Positions 59,869-64,000 of a stretch of DNA of 64,000 nt are shown here, piece after piece. The notes under the pieces were generated by a model. It was not told where the DNA came from. It worked only from the letters and a program-made list of their open reading frames with translations, and ran no database searches. The DNA lies in assembly GCA_951813565.1 (NCBI GenBank), contig OX638351.1, forward strand, positions 2,496,001 to 2,560,000. The letters run 5' to 3'. Source of the stretch: an uncultured Poribacteria bacterium (GTDB lineage Bacteria; Poribacteria; WGA-4E; WGA-3G). Positions within the stretch are counted from its first letter, which is position 1. Each line of letters begins with the position of its first letter. The position numbers and the translations under genes are program-made.

Positions 59869-61215
59869 TTAATTTCTCCGATAAAAGATGCGGATCGGTG
59901 TGCCGTGAAATCCAAAGGTGCTACGAATATTGTTAATCAAATAAGCAGTATAAGGAGGACGGACTCTGTGTGTATTTCTACCAAAAATCAGAAAAGTCGG
60001 TGGTTGCGTCTCAACCTGCGTCATATATTTCAACGCTGGGCGTGTGCCTTTTACACGCGGCGGCGGATGTGCTGTTCGTAACTCTAACAAGAGTTCGTTG
60101 AGCGCTGGCGTTGGTATGCGGGTGCAATACTCGCGATGAACGTCAAGCGCAACATCAAGGATTTTTGAAACGCGTTGTCCTGTTAAAGCGGAAACAAAAA
60201 TTTTGGGAACATAGTCTAATTGTGGAACCTGAAATGAGATTTGCGACATAAATTCACCGTGGGTTGCGTTGTCCTTCTCAACGAGGTCCCACTTATTTAA
60301 AACCAGCACAGATGCTTTCCCGTTACGTGCAATAAAACTCGCGATTGTTTTGTCTTGCTGCGCCACATCCTGTGTAACATCTAATACCAACGCAGCGATG
60401 TCACTTTGACGGATACTGTGAATTGCACGCTGGACTGTCTCAGATTCCAATTCATCTTTAATTGAAGATTTTCGCCGCATTCCTGCAGTATCAACAAGTT
60501 CAAAAGGAATATTTTGATATACGAATCGGATATTGATAGCATCGCGAGTAGTACCGGGGCGGTTATCCACAATCATACGTTCTTCACCGAGAAGAGAATT
60601 GAGGATCGAGGATTTTCCGACGTTCGGACGGCCAACAATTGAGATTTTGATGGGTTCGGAAGCAGGTTCTGATGTGTCATCAACTTCAGGGAGAGTTTCC
60701 ACAACTTGGTCAAGAAGTTGACGGACACCTATATTTTGTACGCATGAAGTCAAAACTGGCTCTTCCAATCCGAGTGCATAAAATTCCGCCGTGTCCATTT
60801 CAAGACTGACACTATCTGCCTTATTCGCAACAAGGAGAATAGGTTTTCCAGAAGCACGTAGTTTATCTGCGACAATAATGTCGTGAGACATAATACCAGT
60901 CCGAACATCAACGACAAACAGAACGAGTGTTGCCTCAGATAAGGCATGGTCTACTTGCATCTGGACGTTATCAATAAGTGGATCCTCGGGATCAACGTCC
61001 AGTCCGCCTGTATCAACAATCGTAAAAGGTGTTTTACCCCACTTTACATCTGCATAGTTACGATCGCGCGTTACACCGGGTCTATCATTAACGACAGCAA
61101 TCCGCTTCGGATGTTCAGAACTTTGACGAGCATCTGCGGTAATGCGATTGAAGAGAGATGATTTGCCCACATTAGGCCTACCGACAATAGCGACAATAGG
61201 AAGTTGGTTTTGCAT
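59869..61215 (-). CDS. der: Ribosome biogenesis GTPase Der
   Basis: Two GRPNVGKS domains, [24 protein letters not shown]. Confidence 0.97.
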   Translation of the reverse strand: MQNQLPIVAIVGRPNVGKSSLFNRITADARQSSEHPKRIAVVNDRPGVTRDRNYADVKWGKTPFTIVDTGGLDVDPEDPLIDNVQMQVDHALSEATLVLFVVDVRTGIMSHDIIVADKLRASGKPILLVANKADSVSLEMDTAEFYALGLEEPVLTSCVQNIGVRQLLDQVVETLPEVDDTSEPASEPIKISIVGRPNVGKSSILNSLLGEERMIVDNRPGTTRDAINIRFVYQNIPFELVDTAGMRRKSSIKDELESETVQRAIHSIRQSDIAALVLDVTQDVAQQDKTIASFIARNGKASVLVLNKWDLVEKDNATHGEFMSQISFQVPQLDYVPKIFVSALTGQRVSKILDVALDVHREYCTRIPTPALNELLLELRTAHPPPRVKGTRPALKYMTQVETQPPTFLIFGRNTHRVRPPYTAYLINNIRSTFGFHGTPIRIFYRRN

Positions 61216-63620
61216 TAGGATGGCTCCTGTGCGGGTTGCGCGTCCGCATCATTTGCAGCAGATTTTGAAACGGCAATGATAGATTTTATCACAACTATAA
61301 TTGGGATTGCCAGTAGGACGCCCCAAAAACCGAGAATAGAAGCACCGACTATAACGGAGAACATAATGAGCAAAGGATCGACATCAACAGCATTACTCAT
61401 CACTTTCGGAGAAATAAGGGAATTGTCAATTGTCTGAATACCGAGGATTGCACCTAATACAAACACACAACGGATGAGAAACCCAGTACTACTAAAATCG
61501 CTTGCGGCGAGTCCCATCAACATTGCAATGTAAGCGAATCCACCGCCAATGAAAGGACCAAAAGTAGGTATTGCGTTGCAGAGTCCTGCTAATATGCCTA
61601 CAAGAAGCGCGAAGGGCACGCCAATAATACGATAGACGATACAAGAGATAATAGAAATAATTACAATCACAGTAAATTGCCCTTTGAGAAACTGATGCAT
61701 ATTTCTATCAATTTCCCGCAGGTATGCCATTGCAGTTTCACGATGTCTTTCAGGAACTAAACCGATGAAACCACGATAATACTTGTCAAATCCTTGGCTT
61801 GCGTAGACAAAAACGATGAATGCAAGGAACACTGTCGCGAGGAGACCACCAAACTGAAAAGCGATGGAACCGGCCAATCCTGACAACCATTTAACAAAAG
61901 CCCCACCACTTGCAGTCCAACCCGGTATTTTTTTTGTAAGATATTCCTGAAATTGCCTGACAATTTCCTCATCTCTATATGCTAAAATCCCGTTTTCTTT
62001 AAAAATTAAACTTCTCCAAGTCTTAGTTTCGTTAGAACCAAAATAGATTACACTCTCATTGCCAGTATATAATCCAGAAGGTGCGGAAGCCAACAAGGAT
62101 ATTGATTGTGGCAAACGGACAGCATCCGGCATCTCCTCCCATTTTTTATGCTTGTACCAACAGTATATTCCATCCACAGTCCCTGCACAAAGTTCTTCCG
62201 ATTCATTATCGGTTGCTACAAGCACATTAATTTGTGGCACATCTTTGTCAAAACGAAGTTCTTCCCACTTTTCAGAAGGATTCACCCGCTTGTGCACAAC
62301 TGTTTTAATTTCATCAGGATCCTCTGTCTTTTTAGAATTTGTGTCTTGTGTAGTAGAATTTTGTTGTTCAAGACTTTCTTGATCTACAGCATTCTGGTAA
62401 TCATCGGTGCTTATATCTTCTTCTTGTTCCGGTTGAGAAGTAGTCTGAACAGTCTTTGCAATACTTGCAACATACATAGGTATGTCTTTACGCTTGAAAT
62501 ACTTCGGGACGTCATCACTAGCGCCTTCATATTTCTCAATTGAAGTGATATGAACAATAGAGCTGCCCACAATCTTGTAACTCTTTTCCTCACCCCATGT
62601 TTCCCCAGAATCATCACTAAAAAATAGACCTTTATTTGTTCCTACATAAATTATATTTGAATTCCAAGAAGGTGTGTTGATAGCTTGAACTGGACGTGTA
62701 TCGAATATGTTTGCATCAATTTTTGTCCATTCCAATTCTTCGGGTAATGCAATTACTGATTCATTTTTCTTTCCTATTACTACATGCCAAAATTTTTGTA
62801 GAAATCCTATGCGCGAGGTAGATTCAGTTGAATTATCCTTCTTACCAGTCACCACCTGTACAATTTCTTTACTACATCTATAAACTCCATCATCCGTGCC
62901 AGCATAGATATAGTCTTTATTCACGGAGATTGCCCGGATTTTCTTTCCAATTATTTTACCGTTTGTTATTCCTTTTCTGTCATTTATTTTCTCTTTTTTC
63001 GTTTCCGGATCCTTCACAATTTTGTAAAAGTAGATTCCGTGATCAGTCGCAAGAAAAAGTGTTTGTTCTTCACCTACTTTATCATATACTAATTCAACGA
63101 AATCTTCTCCTACGATTAATGGTAATAAAGATTCATGATAAAATTTCTGTAAACCCTTCGCCATTTGGCTCACTTGATTGCCAACACCTATGCCTGTGAA
63201 AATTAACACACCACTACAAACAAGAACGATTAAGACAGTCGCAATCGCACGTTGGTAATACTCCTCAAATGGAAGTGCACGCCAGAGAAACCGAAAGAGA
63301 TAGGCAAATCCGAAACCGAGGATGAAAGGCATCAAAACTCCCAACATCCTAACAAAGAGCCAGAGACCAATCATAATGATTTCGAGCTGGACGACAAATT
63401 TAATGTCAACCCACCGATAAATACGGATGAGAAGCGCAATAAGCGCGATGGGAACAAGCGGATGCAATAACAGTATCCGATTTCCATTTGTATCGGGACT
63501 CGTGCCGTGGTAGAAGGCAAATGCTATCCATAAGGCAGCAAGTGCGACACTAATGATTGCAAGAGCCGTCTCGCCAGAAATGCCTGATTGTCGTGGAGTT
63601 ATGTCGTTTTGGGAGTTCAT
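61215..63620 (-). CDS. AI-2E family transporter with large beta-propeller insertion
   Basis: PFILGFGFAYL; FLKGQF, NAIPTFGP, IDNSLISPKVM, GVLLAIP; central SDDSGETW and GTxxG(I/V/L) repeats. Confidence 0.8.
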   Translation of the reverse strand: MNSQNDITPRQSGISGETALAIISVALAALWIAFAFYHGTSPDTNGNRILLLHPLVPIALIALLIRIYRWVDIKFVVQLEIIMIGLWLFVRMLGVLMPFILGFGFAYLFRFLWRALPFEEYYQRAIATVLIVLVCSGVLIFTGIGVGNQVSQMAKGLQKFYHESLLPLIVGEDFVELVYDKVGEEQTLFLATDHGIYFYKIVKDPETKKEKINDRKGITNGKIIGKKIRAISVNKDYIYAGTDDGVYRCSKEIVQVVTGKKDNSTESTSRIGFLQKFWHVVIGKKNESVIALPEELEWTKIDANIFDTRPVQAINTPSWNSNIIYVGTNKGLFFSDDSGETWGEEKSYKIVGSSIVHITSIEKYEGASDDVPKYFKRKDIPMYVASIAKTVQTTSQPEQEEDISTDDYQNAVDQESLEQQNSTTQDTNSKKTEDPDEIKTVVHKRVNPSEKWEELRFDKDVPQINVLVATDNESEELCAGTVDGIYCWYKHKKWEEMPDAVRLPQSISLLASAPSGLYTGNESVIYFGSNETKTWRSLIFKENGILAYRDEEIVRQFQEYLTKKIPGWTASGGAFVKWLSGLAGSIAFQFGGLLATVFLAFIVFVYASQGFDKYYRGFIGLVPERHRETAMAYLREIDRNMHQFLKGQFTVIVIISIISCIVYRIIGVPFALLVGILAGLCNAIPTFGPFIGGGFAYIAMLMGLAASDFSSTGFLIRCVFVLGAILGIQTIDNSLISPKVMSNAVDVDPLLIMFSVIVGASILGFWGVLLAIPIIVVIKSIIAVSKSAANDADAQPAQEPS

Positions 63621-63643
63621 TTTAGTGTAGGAGTGTTTTTAGT

Positions 63644-63701
63644 TCTTCCTTGTAGGTGCGTTTTTGAATAGGTCGTTCCTAAAGCGCACCTACAAGGAAG
63701 A
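63644..63701. repeat. Inverted GTAG REP pair (REPIN-like hairpin)
   Basis: TCTTCCTTGTAGGTGCGTTT / AAAGCGCACCTACAAGGAAGA. Confidence 0.7.
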
Positions 63702-63828
63702 TTCAACGTTTTCAATTGTTACGTTGAAAAGTGTTTTTCAGGATAAACTAACGTAAGTTCAACTAAAGTCTTAGCGAATCTATGCTAATAGAACGCTTAT
63801 AACATTTGTCGGGTTTCACTGCGTTCAA

Positions 63829-64000
63829 CCCTTATGTGTCAATTTAGCGATGATTTTCTTGTGGGAGGGCTTTGAAAGCCCGATTTTTGAGACTCAAACC
63901 GTTATATCGGGTTGAAAACCCACAGCATGCCATACGCGCATGCTGCGTTGATTTGGCCAAATGCCAAAAAACGCATTTGGCGTTGATTCACTCCACAAGA
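63829..64000. mobile_element. MITE/REP composite (partial) with two micro-elements
   Basis: End CCCTTATGTGTCAATTTAG resembles the 31686-31992 termini; same REP pair; units at 63923-63956 and 63957-63988. Confidence 0.7.

Overview
Bacterial chromosome segment of moderate-low GC. Gene content (DUF1592/DUF1552 pair, PhyH dioxygenases, sulfatase, aldo/keto reductases, many REP/MITE-like intergenic repeats) resembles sponge-associated Candidatus Poribacteria; this is an inference. Recognisable loci: rnpB, nrdJ, argS, mtnP, trpA, glnT-like ligase, a TPP-riboswitch thiX-thiY-thiO-thiS-thiG operon, xylF, nfi and der. Highlights: (1) a gene missed by the ORF track at the left edge encodes a signal peptide followed by an in-frame TGA-GGC-GCC-TGA (UxxU), a candidate di-selenocysteine exported/outer-membrane protein; (2) a family of ~34-35 nt CCAAATCAACG-hairpin micro-elements inserts next to CG inside REPs and inside each other; (3) a transposase-less IS200/IS605-type mini-element keeps a strong promoter and a TnpB-omegaRNA-like scaffold; (4) several MITE types with visible target duplications; (5) a collapsed duplicate of the thi operon and a decayed HEPN/MNT pair inside it; (6) an AI-2E transporter with a beta-propeller insertion, an ATPase+PIN candidate defence pair, and a signal-peptide swap. 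All family calls come from motif recognition by eye; no searches were run.
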